Notes under the pieces: generated by a model
What the model saw: only the letters and a program-made list of their open reading frames with translations
What the model was told of the DNA's origin: nothing
The model's database searches: none
Program-made: the position numbers and the translations under genes
Part shown: piece by piece, positions 37,614 to 46,238 of the stretch
Position numbering within the stretch: the stretch's first letter is position 1
Layout: each line of letters opens with the position of its first letter
NCBI GenBank assembly: GCA_037447435.1
Contig: JBBIGR010000007.1
Span: 32,001 to 96,000 of the forward strand
DNA length: 64,000 nucleotides
Direction of reading: 5' to 3'
Source of the DNA: Fibrobacteria bacterium
GTDB lineage: Bacteria > Fibrobacterota > Chitinivibrionia > Chitinivibrionales > FEN-1185

Positions 37614-39449
37614 ATGAAATTATTCAGAAAAATTTATATAGCGGTTTTCTGTTCGTTTACCATTGTCGCGATAGTGGTTACCGTTTTCATAACAATGAGT
37701 GCGGTGGATACAATGCAAAAAAACATCGTCAATGATAATCGGACAATAGCAAACTTGGTTGCGCTTGAAGCGCAACGCGGTTTTGTCATTTCCGGTTGGC
37801 CGTTCGAAAGCCTTAAAACCCTTGAAAACCTTCCTGATTTCAAGTTTTGGTACATAGTTACCGATTCGCAAATGGTGTATTTGGCCAACGATGTTTCGTG
37901 TATGGGCCGTTCTGTACCGGAATGCTTTCCGAACTTGCCGGTGATTTCCGATACCGAATCAATCGTATTGCTGCCGCAAATCTCAAGCGGAATTTGCATA
38001 CGGCGAATAGAAAAAAACGGACAACAATGGTCGTTTTGGCTGGGCTTTTCGACAAAGCGGGCTACGGCTATGGGAAAAAAGATTATCGCGGTCGCCGCCG
38101 GAACATTGTTTGTCATTCTGTTGGTCCTCGGCATTGTCTTATACTTTGTTATTAATCACTTCACGGATCCGATACGGTCCCTTGCAAAAGGGGCTAAGGA
38201 AATCGGTACGGGAAATTTGGATTTCCGTTTATCGTGCCTATCACATGACGAAGTAGGATCTTTGGCCGCTTCATTCAACGCGATGGCGGCCAATTTACAA
38301 CAAACGACTGTTTCACGGAATTATCTCAATGTTATCCTTGCATCGACTCAGGACGCATTATTCGTGTTGGAGCAAGGCGGCTCCATCATGACCGTCAATC
38401 CCGCTGCCTGCAGCATTCTCGGCTTTGGCGAGCAAAACCTTGTCGGCATGCAATTTGAAAAAATAATCACGGTTGTCGACGATGCGCATCCGATACTGTC
38501 GCTTCAACAAATCCTGAAACGCGGAAAAATATCGGGAGAGGAATCTTGTTTGTTAAAGGCTACCGGCGAAACGATTCCCGTTCTGTTCAACTCGACGGTC
38601 GTCGCAGGGAAAGACGGCAACGTCCGATGGATCGTTTGTACGGCAAAGGACATTACCGAACGTAAAAAGAATGAAATGGCGCTCCGGGCCACGGCGCGGC
38701 AGCTCGAAAGGGCTTTCCAATGTATCAACGAAGAACTCGATGCAGCGCGGCTCATGCAAAATGCCTTCTTGCCGTCTTTGATGGGCTCATATACGGGAAT
38801 CATTGTCGCTGCAGCCTATGTGCCGTGCGGTACCGTTGGCGGCGATTTGTACGACGTGTTTAAAATCGACGCACATAAAACGGCGCTTATCGGTATCGAT
38901 GTTGCCGGGCACGGCGTGCCGGCATCTTTGTCGTCGGCAGCGGCCAAAATCTGCTTTCGCCAAAGTATCGACAGGGCCGAAAATCTGGATGATGCCTTAC
39001 GTGATGCGAATACGGCGTTGCTCCATTCCATTCCGCAAACCCAATTCGTGGCCGCGTTCATCGGCATTTTCGATTCCCCAACCGGGTTGTTCAGGTATGT
39101 GCGTGCCGGCCTCCCTAAACCGCTTTTGCTCCGGGCCGCTTCAACTACGGTGGAAAACCTGGATGGCACCGGGAGCATACTGGGTATTTTGCCCGAGGTG
39201 ATATTCGAAGAGAAAACAGTGACGCTTTGCAAAGGCGATAAGGTGCTGATTTATACCGACGGTCTCACCGACGGCGAAAACGCCGATCTTGTCCGTTACG
39301 GCAGGAGGCGTTTGCAAATGGTCGTGCAACAGGCGGCGAGTAAACCGATGCATGAAATAATCAAAACCGTCATAGCCGAAAACGCCGCGTATTTGGATAA
39401 ATCCCTGCAGATCGACGACATTACGATCCTGGGTTTTGAAGTCACTTAA
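37614..39449 (+). CDS. Membrane sensor with HAMP-PAS-SpoIIE (PP2C) phosphatase domains
   Basis: Two TMs; DEVGSLAASFNAM (HAMP); VNPAA...DITERK (PAS); VGGDLYD, DVAGHG, YTDGL, DDIT. Confidence 0.92.
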   Translation: MKLFRKIYIAVFCSFTIVAIVVTVFITMSAVDTMQKNIVNDNRTIANLVALEAQRGFVISGWPFESLKTLENLPDFKFWYIVTDSQMVYLANDVSCMGRSVPECFPNLPVISDTESIVLLPQISSGICIRRIEKNGQQWSFWLGFSTKRATAMGKKIIAVAAGTLFVILLVLGIVLYFVINHFTDPIRSLAKGAKEIGTGNLDFRLSCLSHDEVGSLAASFNAMAANLQQTTVSRNYLNVILASTQDALFVLEQGGSIMTVNPAACSILGFGEQNLVGMQFEKIITVVDDAHPILSLQQILKRGKISGEESCLLKATGETIPVLFNSTVVAGKDGNVRWIVCTAKDITERKKNEMALRATARQLERAFQCINEELDAARLMQNAFLPSLMGSYTGIIVAAAYVPCGTVGGDLYDVFKIDAHKTALIGIDVAGHGVPASLSSAAAKICFRQSIDRAENLDDALRDANTALLHSIPQTQFVAAFIGIFDSPTGLFRYVRAGLPKPLLLRAASTTVENLDGTGSILGILPEVIFEEKTVTLCKGDKVLIYTDGLTDGENADLVRYGRRRLQMVVQQAASKPMHEIIKTVIAENAAYLDKSLQIDDITILGFEVT

Positions 39450-40212
39450 AATCAAACATCCGGTGAATCGCAAAGCCAAAATGCAGATTGTTGTTTTCCG
39501 TGCCGAACATGCAATGCCGCGACCCGATGCTTGCGATGTTGTCGATATAGGGGCTGTTCTGGACAAAAAGGAGAAAATGGTGTCCGGCGGTAGTGAATTT
39601 GATACCGAATGAGAAAACATTGATTGTCGCAACCGAGGTCGAGTCTTTGTCTTTGTCAATAATCGGAAAGTATTCGCCAAGTAGGTCGAACCCTTCGACG
39701 AGGGTTACCGAAACACCCAAGCCAAGTCCCCATCTTTTTTTGAACAAATCGTATCCTGCGTTGACCGTGGGAGAAATGCATTTGAAAAGCGGTTCCGTCT
39801 GCGCGTCGAGACCAAAATACCCCGCATTGTCCCGATGTTCCACAAACGCCGTGTCGTAGGCGCTGAAATTGTAATAGGTTGCTTCCAGTTGAAAACGCAA
39901 ATATGCTGCGGGAATCAAAAGGTTGTAGCCGCCGCCAACTTCCACTTCCTTATTTGTCGTATAGAAACCGGTATATAGTTCAAGTTTCCGCAGAAGCATG
40001 TATCGAAGGTTGAAATCGACCCATGCCGGAGTCGCTAGCCCGAAAAACGTTGTACCCGCCGTATCCAGCCGACCGGAAAACCGGTGTTGGATCGAGGCCT
40101 CCAATTGACCCTGCTCAAGGTTCGATGGTGCCTTGACATTGGGAAGACAGGCTTCGGTATACCCGAAAGCGAATGCGGGAAAAAGAAATAAAAAGGCGAA
40201 AAAGGCTTTCAT
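39442..40212 (-). CDS. Outer-membrane beta-barrel protein (DUF5777-like)
   Basis: Signal peptide, IQHRFSG, TAGHHFLLF, HFGFAIHRMF C-terminal strand; GGAGG RBS. Confidence 0.7.
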   Translation of the reverse strand: MKAFFAFLFLFPAFAFGYTEACLPNVKAPSNLEQGQLEASIQHRFSGRLDTAGTTFFGLATPAWVDFNLRYMLLRKLELYTGFYTTNKEVEVGGGYNLLIPAAYLRFQLEATYYNFSAYDTAFVEHRDNAGYFGLDAQTEPLFKCISPTVNAGYDLFKKRWGLGLGVSVTLVEGFDLLGEYFPIIDKDKDSTSVATINVFSFGIKFTTAGHHFLLFVQNSPYIDNIASIGSRHCMFGTENNNLHFGFAIHRMFDFK

Positions 40213-40300
40213 ACGACCTCCGGTTATTCTGTGATCTGAAACGTGCGTTGAACGGTTGTTTTTGGATGAACAATGATTTTTAATATACAATCTGGATTTT

Positions 40301-40459
40301 ACTAAGCAATTCATAAGCACGTGACTTGCGAAGGACTGTTCCCGTCTCAGGCCTCAGACATCCCTAACTCGTCCCATTTCATGGGACTCAAACAGGGAAC
40401 CCTGTCTTTTGGCCGAACCGGGAACAATCCTTCGAATTTTTACTTGAGAATTGTTTAGT
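40301..40459. other. 159-nt nested inverted-repeat element (MITE or structured ncRNA candidate)
   Basis: Terminal IR 14/17, inner IR 15/16, further nested stems and an apical gtcccat-ttc-atgggac hairpin. Confidence 0.6.
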
Positions 40460-40535
40460 CAATCAAAAGAACCGTTTGCAAAAATCGCATTGAAAGCTGT
40501 GACCCTGGAATGTGTTCGATGTAAATTTAAACCAT

Positions 40536-41177
40536 ATGAAAGAGTACAGCTATTTTTTATTCGATGCCGACGGTACGCTCATCGATACGACCGAGCTTAT
40601 TTGCCAGAGTTTTATCTATACCTGTAAAACGTTTGCAGGGCTTTCCATCCCGCGGGAAAAAATCATACGGAACATCGGGCTTACTTTACGGAAACAAATG
40701 GAAGTGTATTTCGGCCCGCTTTCCGATGCCCAGTTTGCCGAACGTTCTGCAGCGCATATGAAATACCAGGTTTCGATTTACAAAACGCATCTTTGTTTGT
40801 TCAAAACGGTTTTGGAAGGCCTTACCGAGCTATACAAAAGAGGAAAACACCTGGCGGTGGTGACGTCGCGTCGCAAAGAAACCCTCGATTTGTATTTGCA
40901 GGAGACGGGTATATATCGGTTTTTTTCGGTTTTTGTCACGCCGGAAAACACCGCGACTCATAAACCCGATCCTGCTCCCGCATTCGAAGCGCTCAGGCTG
41001 CTTGCCTGTGATAATCCCCATGATGCGCTTTTCATCGGCGATTCGGAATTCGACATCGAATGCGGCAACCGCGCGCATATAGACACGGCTTTTGTACAAT
41101 GGAGCGAAAACGACCCCCAGACATTCCCGACCAAACCGACATATAGTATTTCCGATTTACGGCAACTTGCCCAATAA
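40536..41177 (+). CDS. HAD-family hydrolase (PpaX/phosphoglycolate phosphatase-like)
   Basis: FDADGTLIDT, VTS, HKPDPAP, FIGDSEFD. Confidence 0.9.
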   Translation: MKEYSYFLFDADGTLIDTTELICQSFIYTCKTFAGLSIPREKIIRNIGLTLRKQMEVYFGPLSDAQFAERSAAHMKYQVSIYKTHLCLFKTVLEGLTELYKRGKHLAVVTSRRKETLDLYLQETGIYRFFSVFVTPENTATHKPDPAPAFEALRLLACDNPHDALFIGDSEFDIECGNRAHIDTAFVQWSENDPQTFPTKPTYSISDLRQLAQ

Positions 41178-41204
41178 AATCCCGACGGAGCACCAAAAGC
41201 AATC

Positions 41205-41924
41205 ATGATTTCATTTACCTCGGTCACAAAACAATACGGGTCAAATGCGACCCTCGCGGTGAATAACGTGTCGCTCACCATCAGTAAAGGCGAGCATTTC
41301 GCACTGCTGGGTCCCAACGGCGCCGGCAAAACCACTCTTGTAAAGATGTTGCTCGGGTTTATCAGGCCCTCAAACGGGACCATAACCCTAGACGGCGTCC
41401 CGTGCAGCGACCCCCTGTCCCGGTCCGGTATCGGCTACCTTCCCGAGAATATCCGCATTCCGCAGTATTTGTCGGGACTGCAGTTTCTCGTGCGGCAAGC
41501 AGTTTTGAGCGGTATGCACGCGGAAGAATACGGGAAAAGAATCAACGACATCGTCGCCCTTGTCGGCATGAAAGACTCGTTTCGCGCCAAGGTGAAAACC
41601 TATTCCAAAGGCATGCTGCAGCGGATCGGTTTGGCATCGGCGATCCTTACAGGAACAAAAGTGCTGGTGCTCGACGAACCGCAAAGCGGGCTCGACCCCA
41701 TCGGCATACGCGACGTGCGGAGCATCATGGAAGGGCTCAGGCAAACCGGGGTCACCATAATCCTGAATTCACATTTGCTGTCGGAGGTGGAAAAAACCTG
41801 CGACACTGCGGCAATCATCAACAAGGGAGCCATCGTGTTGTCAAATAATATTCGCGACCTTTCCGCGTCGGGCGAGACGCTGGAAGACATGTTCGTGCGG
41901 ATCATCGGGGGCGCCCATGCGTAA
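41205..41924 (+). CDS. ABC transporter ATP-binding protein
   Basis: GPNGAGKTT, YSKGMLQR, LVLDEP, NSH. Confidence 0.95.
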   Translation: MISFTSVTKQYGSNATLAVNNVSLTISKGEHFALLGPNGAGKTTLVKMLLGFIRPSNGTITLDGVPCSDPLSRSGIGYLPENIRIPQYLSGLQFLVRQAVLSGMHAEEYGKRINDIVALVGMKDSFRAKVKTYSKGMLQRIGLASAILTGTKVLVLDEPQSGLDPIGIRDVRSIMEGLRQTGVTIILNSHLLSEVEKTCDTAAIINKGAIVLSNNIRDLSASGETLEDMFVRIIGGAHA

Positions 41925-42723
41925 TTTTTTCACGGTGACAAAATATACCGTCATCGACATCCTTAACCAAAAAAGCTTTTTCGTTCTTTTGGCCGTTTGC
42001 ATCGGCTTTGTCATGTTGCTTCGCGGTTGCTACAAAGGCAATTATATGGTCAACGGCAAAGAAATCGATTCGTTGACCGTTGCATGGAACGCCTCGATTG
42101 TCGCGTTTCACGTGATTGCCGCAGGAGTGCTTCTCATCGCCGCGATATTGTCCATGGGGATGTTCCGCAGAGACAGGGAAGACGGTACCTTGATTTATAT
42201 GATGTCCAAGCCCTTGCATCGGACCGCATACGCGCTGGGCAGGGTTTGCGGGCTGTGGCTTGTGTCGTTCGGGTTTATGGCCGTTTTGCACGGGAGCATT
42301 TTCATCATCACGCTTATGTCCGCCGGCGGCACCATGCCCGGCTATCTGACCGCTTCGCTCGTATGTTCGGTCAATGTCTTTTTCATGGTCGGCGCAGTCT
42401 GTCTGTTTTCGCTTTTCATGCCCGATTTTATGGCCGCGGTTACCGGTCTCGGCATAGCCGGCATCGGCTACATTTCCGATTCGGTTTATCAATTAACGCA
42501 AAGCAAGCTGGTGCAGGCGGCAATGGGAAATTCCGCCCCGTCGGTTTCATGGTGGCGCGTTGCATGGCCTAAAGTCGCATCCCTGCAGTATTTCGCGGCA
42601 TCGTTAATAGACAAAAGCTCGTTTCATACGATGGGCTTCATCCATCCGTTTGTCATGATGCTTGTATGGTGCGGCATCGTTATTGCCGCGCTCGTATACG
42701 CGTTTAAAACCAGGGAATTGTAA
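41917..42723 (+). CDS. ABC-2 type permease
   Basis: 6 TM, DREDGTL..MMSKPLHR...LGR; overlaps the ATPase gene. Confidence 0.88.
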   Translation: MRNFFTVTKYTVIDILNQKSFFVLLAVCIGFVMLLRGCYKGNYMVNGKEIDSLTVAWNASIVAFHVIAAGVLLIAAILSMGMFRRDREDGTLIYMMSKPLHRTAYALGRVCGLWLVSFGFMAVLHGSIFIITLMSAGGTMPGYLTASLVCSVNVFFMVGAVCLFSLFMPDFMAAVTGLGIAGIGYISDSVYQLTQSKLVQAAMGNSAPSVSWWRVAWPKVASLQYFAASLIDKSSFHTMGFIHPFVMMLVWCGIVIAALVYAFKTREL

Positions 42724-42742
42724 AAGACGGACGGTATTGCAC

Positions 42743-43156
42743 GTGAATATATTTACATACGGTACATTGATGTACGACGACATTTGGGCCAAAGTGGTTG
42801 GCGGCACGTATCGAAAATCCCCAGCTTTTGTTCGCGGTTATTCACGGAAAAAAATCACCAACCAGGTTTACCCGTGCATCGTCCCCGGTTCCGCGCAAAA
42901 CACGGTTTGGGGCGCGCTCTATTTCGATGTCGATGCGGCCGACAAAATCCGGCTCGATGCGTTTGAGGGAGCGTATTATACCGGTACGGCGGTAAACGCC
43001 TTTGCCGGGCGGGCAACGCCTACCGAGGCTTTCGCGTATGTCTTAAGCGAAAAATTTTCGTTCCTCGCCGAAGCGGAAGAATGGGACGAATCATTTTTTT
43101 TATCCAATGGCAACAAGGAATCGTTTATTTCGGGATATCAGGGTTTTAAAACGTAA
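42743..43156 (+). CDS. Gamma-glutamylcyclotransferase (AIG2-like) family protein
   Basis: IFTYGTLM, YPCIV, V.G.LY, LDAFEG..Y; GTG start at 42743. Confidence 0.88.
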   Translation: MNIFTYGTLMYDDIWAKVVGGTYRKSPAFVRGYSRKKITNQVYPCIVPGSAQNTVWGALYFDVDAADKIRLDAFEGAYYTGTAVNAFAGRATPTEAFAYVLSEKFSFLAEAEEWDESFFLSNGNKESFISGYQGFKT

Positions 43157-43194
43157 TTGCCGGCCCCGGATGCGGCCGGAAAAAGGAAACTGTC

Positions 43195-44349
43195 ATGAAT
43201 TCGCTTTATTTCGACGTCGTTTCTGGTGCCAGCGGCGATATGATATTGTCATCGCTTATCGATTTGGGCGTTCCTATCGAGCATCTGAGAACGCAATTTG
43301 CAAAATTGAATATTCCCGGATTTTCCATAGACGTGATAAAGCAGAAACGAAGCGGTATTTCTGCGAACCATTTGGTTTTAAATTGGGAAACGCCGCGGAC
43401 CTATCGCCATGTCGAGCAGATTCTCGGCATGATACAGGCGGCGAACTTCGGCGAACGGGTTTATGCCCGATGCGAAAAAGTCATCTTGACTATCGGCAGG
43501 GCCGAAGCCAAAGTCCATGCCATGCCGCTGGAAAAGGTGCATTTCCACGAAATCGGCGCAATCGATACTATCGTGGATGTGGCGGGGATTTGTCTGGCGC
43601 TTGAATACCTTGACATTGACGAAATACAATATTCGGTTCTTACCGACGGAAAAGGCAGCGTGAAAACCGAACACGGCATCATGCCGATACCGGTTCCCGC
43701 GGTTGCGCAAATGCTTGATAATGTCGCCCTAAACATTCTTGATGTGCAATCCGAGCTTTTAACGCCTACCGGTTGCGCGGTGCTCACGGCACTGGGAACG
43801 CAGAAACCGCATGGGTTTTTCGGCACTGTGGTAAAAACCGGGTACGGATGCGGCACGCGGGTCATTGAGCAAATTCCGAATGTGCTGCGCGTCTTCATGC
43901 TTTCGCACGCAAATCCCGGGACATTCGACGCGGTTTGCCTTCTCGAATCCGATATGGACCATATTTCCGGTGAAATCATGGGAGACATCGCAAGCAGGCT
44001 GCTCGACGGAGGCGCACTCGATGTTTCCTGGACGCCTATATATATGAAAAAAGGAAGGCCGGGATACCGGCTAACCGTCATTTGCGACCATTCTCATAAG
44101 CAGGACTTAATCGACTTCGTTATGCTTCATTCGAGAACGTTGGGTGTGCGGGTGCAATCGGTTGCCCGCGTCACGGCAAACCGCCAAGCCTCGCAATCGC
44201 TGCTTCGCGGGGAACAACTGGCTCTCAAAACCTGTTCCTACAACGGAACGTCTTTTACAAAACCGGAATATGAATCATTGTCTGCGATAAGCCGAAAATC
44301 GGGCGTTCCCATTCTGGAAATCCTGGAAACCTATTACAAAGACAGATAA
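43195..44349 (+). CDS. larC: Nickel pincer cofactor biosynthesis protein LarC
   Basis: SGASGDM, VHFHEIGAIDTIVD, HG..PIPVPA, ELLTPTG, GYGCG, MKKGRPG, TLGVR, KPEYE. Confidence 0.92.
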   Translation: MNSLYFDVVSGASGDMILSSLIDLGVPIEHLRTQFAKLNIPGFSIDVIKQKRSGISANHLVLNWETPRTYRHVEQILGMIQAANFGERVYARCEKVILTIGRAEAKVHAMPLEKVHFHEIGAIDTIVDVAGICLALEYLDIDEIQYSVLTDGKGSVKTEHGIMPIPVPAVAQMLDNVALNILDVQSELLTPTGCAVLTALGTQKPHGFFGTVVKTGYGCGTRVIEQIPNVLRVFMLSHANPGTFDAVCLLESDMDHISGEIMGDIASRLLDGGALDVSWTPIYMKKGRPGYRLTVICDHSHKQDLIDFVMLHSRTLGVRVQSVARVTANRQASQSLLRGEQLALKTCSYNGTSFTKPEYESLSAISRKSGVPILEILETYYKDR

Positions 44350-44768
44350 AGTGCCTGTACAATGTAAATGCGGACCATCAAATGCGTCTGTAAATCGCCT
44401 AAGCGCTTAAAGGTTAAACGGTTTAAACTAGACAAACAGTAACAAGATTATCCCCGTATAAATTATCTAAAGTTAAATGCGCTTAATCGGTTGAGCAGAA
44501 TGAGGAAACAACTCATCTATACAGGTTGTCGCTTCGGGTTATTGCTCATCGGTAAACATTTCCACGACTGCAAAAAAGCAATGCTTTACCGCTTAACATG
44601 TTAAGCGATAAAATATTTTCGCCAAAATCAGCCTCAAAACCATCATGTTGGCCAAAGATAAAAACTTAAGCGTTAAAGCGGCTTTCCGCGTAACGAATTG
44701 TTTACTGGCGAGTTACGGAAGGTTGCGGTTTGCGACGCAAAAAAAAATTAAAAATATGTAAAATAAAT

Positions 44769-44797
44769 TTGCAGAATATAAAAAAAAGTGTTATATT
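44769..44797 (+). promoter_or_regulatory. Sigma70-type promoter with extended -10
   Basis: TTGCAG-N17-TATATT with TG immediately before the -10; 35 nt upstream of the ATG. Confidence 0.5.
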
Positions 44798-44831
44798 AGC
44801 GCCCGATTGAATGTTTACAAAAGGAGAGACG

Positions 44832-46169
44832 ATGAGAAAAAGTGTTTTGGTTCTGGTTGCGCTGGTATGTTCCGCGGTTGCGGGCCAACTTCCTGTGATA
44901 CGTTGGTCTAGTTCGATTCCCGTATTCGACGCGTCGGGCCCTGCCGTGGTGACGCAGCTTAGCTCGGGTAAGGAATACGCGGTTGCCGGTTCCTGCGGAT
45001 ACGTTTCCGTATCATCGGGAAACGAATCCATATTCATCGTAAAGACAGATTCAATCGGCGTTTGCGGACCAATCGGATACCTCACGACGTTTTCAAAACA
45101 GGGAACAGGCTCCCATGAGGTAAAGGCGTTGCTGCCGACCGCCGACGGCGGCCTTGTGGTTGCGGGAACGCGAAGAATCGCGACGCACGTTCCTACTCAC
45201 GATAATGCATTTGTCATTTGCACCGAGAAAAAAGGCGCGGTCCGTTGGATGAAAGTCTTCGGCACCGTTGAAGGCGGATTTGAACAGCATTATAGAATAG
45301 AGGCGGCGATACTTCAACCAAACGGAAACGTTGTGGTGGGCGGACAAAAAGGCTCGACGGAATGGGTCTGCTGCCTCGACGGTTCGGGAAACGAATTGTG
45401 GTCTACCGATATCGATACCGGTACGGTCATTTCTCTTGTTGGAGTCGCGTCCAACGGCGCGCTTGCCGGATGCCTTTCAAACGATGCTACCGGAACGCAA
45501 TCTCATTTGGCATGGGTTTCCCGGGTAGGACGTGTCGATAATAATACGCCGAAAGTCGAATGCCCTACAACCGCGGCGTATCATCCTTTGGTGATGCCGG
45601 TGAACAACCTGACTAGTATCGTGGCGACTACCAATATAGAAAACGGTCAAGGCAAAATATCCGCATACGATTTTCGCATCAATAAACTCTGGAGCGACCC
45701 CATTTGCGGAGGAGCGAACGGACTCAGGGGCCTGACGTCGTTTATACCCGGTTCAAAACCGAATGAATATTATCTTGGCGGAAGTAAACTGGTCGACGCA
45801 GTAACCGATTTCTCGGTTATCGTACTTGTAAAATTAGACCTCCGCGGCGACATCGTGTGGCAATGGGTTTCCGACCGCGCGCAATACGTTTACAATATCG
45901 CGAATTGCCGCGACAGCGACATTGTCGTCTTGTCGCAATGCAATTCATCTAAAAGCAATCTGTTTCTTTTCAAACTCGGAGAGCAAAAGCCGTTTACCGC
46001 TGTGGCCGCGCAAAGCAGTGCAGTACCTGAAACGCAATCCGTACCAAAGGCAAAAGTATTCGACGTAATGGGTCGAAAAGTCGCGACGGCGGCCATAACC
46101 CAAATGCCGCGCGGCGTGTACGTTGCGCAATCGGGATTCCGGGCAAAGCGGCTTCAACTTTATAAATGA
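44832..46169 (+). CDS. Secreted beta-propeller-like repeat protein with T9SS-like tail (paralog 1)
   Basis: Signal peptide; repeats of Y/L-x-V-A-G...K-T/L-D-x-x-G...W; tail FDVMGRK...RGVY. Confidence 0.78.
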   Translation: MRKSVLVLVALVCSAVAGQLPVIRWSSSIPVFDASGPAVVTQLSSGKEYAVAGSCGYVSVSSGNESIFIVKTDSIGVCGPIGYLTTFSKQGTGSHEVKALLPTADGGLVVAGTRRIATHVPTHDNAFVICTEKKGAVRWMKVFGTVEGGFEQHYRIEAAILQPNGNVVVGGQKGSTEWVCCLDGSGNELWSTDIDTGTVISLVGVASNGALAGCLSNDATGTQSHLAWVSRVGRVDNNTPKVECPTTAAYHPLVMPVNNLTSIVATTNIENGQGKISAYDFRINKLWSDPICGGANGLRGLTSFIPGSKPNEYYLGGSKLVDAVTDFSVIVLVKLDLRGDIVWQWVSDRAQYVYNIANCRDSDIVVLSQCNSSKSNLFLFKLGEQKPFTAVAAQSSAVPETQSVPKAKVFDVMGRKVATAAITQMPRGVYVAQSGFRAKRLQLYK

Positions 46170-46238
46170 TACATACGTAATTGATAGGGTACGGTCCGGT
46201 TTTTTTTAGTTTTGCTACATTCACAAAGGGGGGGGGAC

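Noticed and set aside
44350..44760. oriC or CRISPR array in the long intergenic region
   Set aside because: Only degenerate DnaA-box-like words, no dnaA or cas context, and no constant repeat-spacer period.
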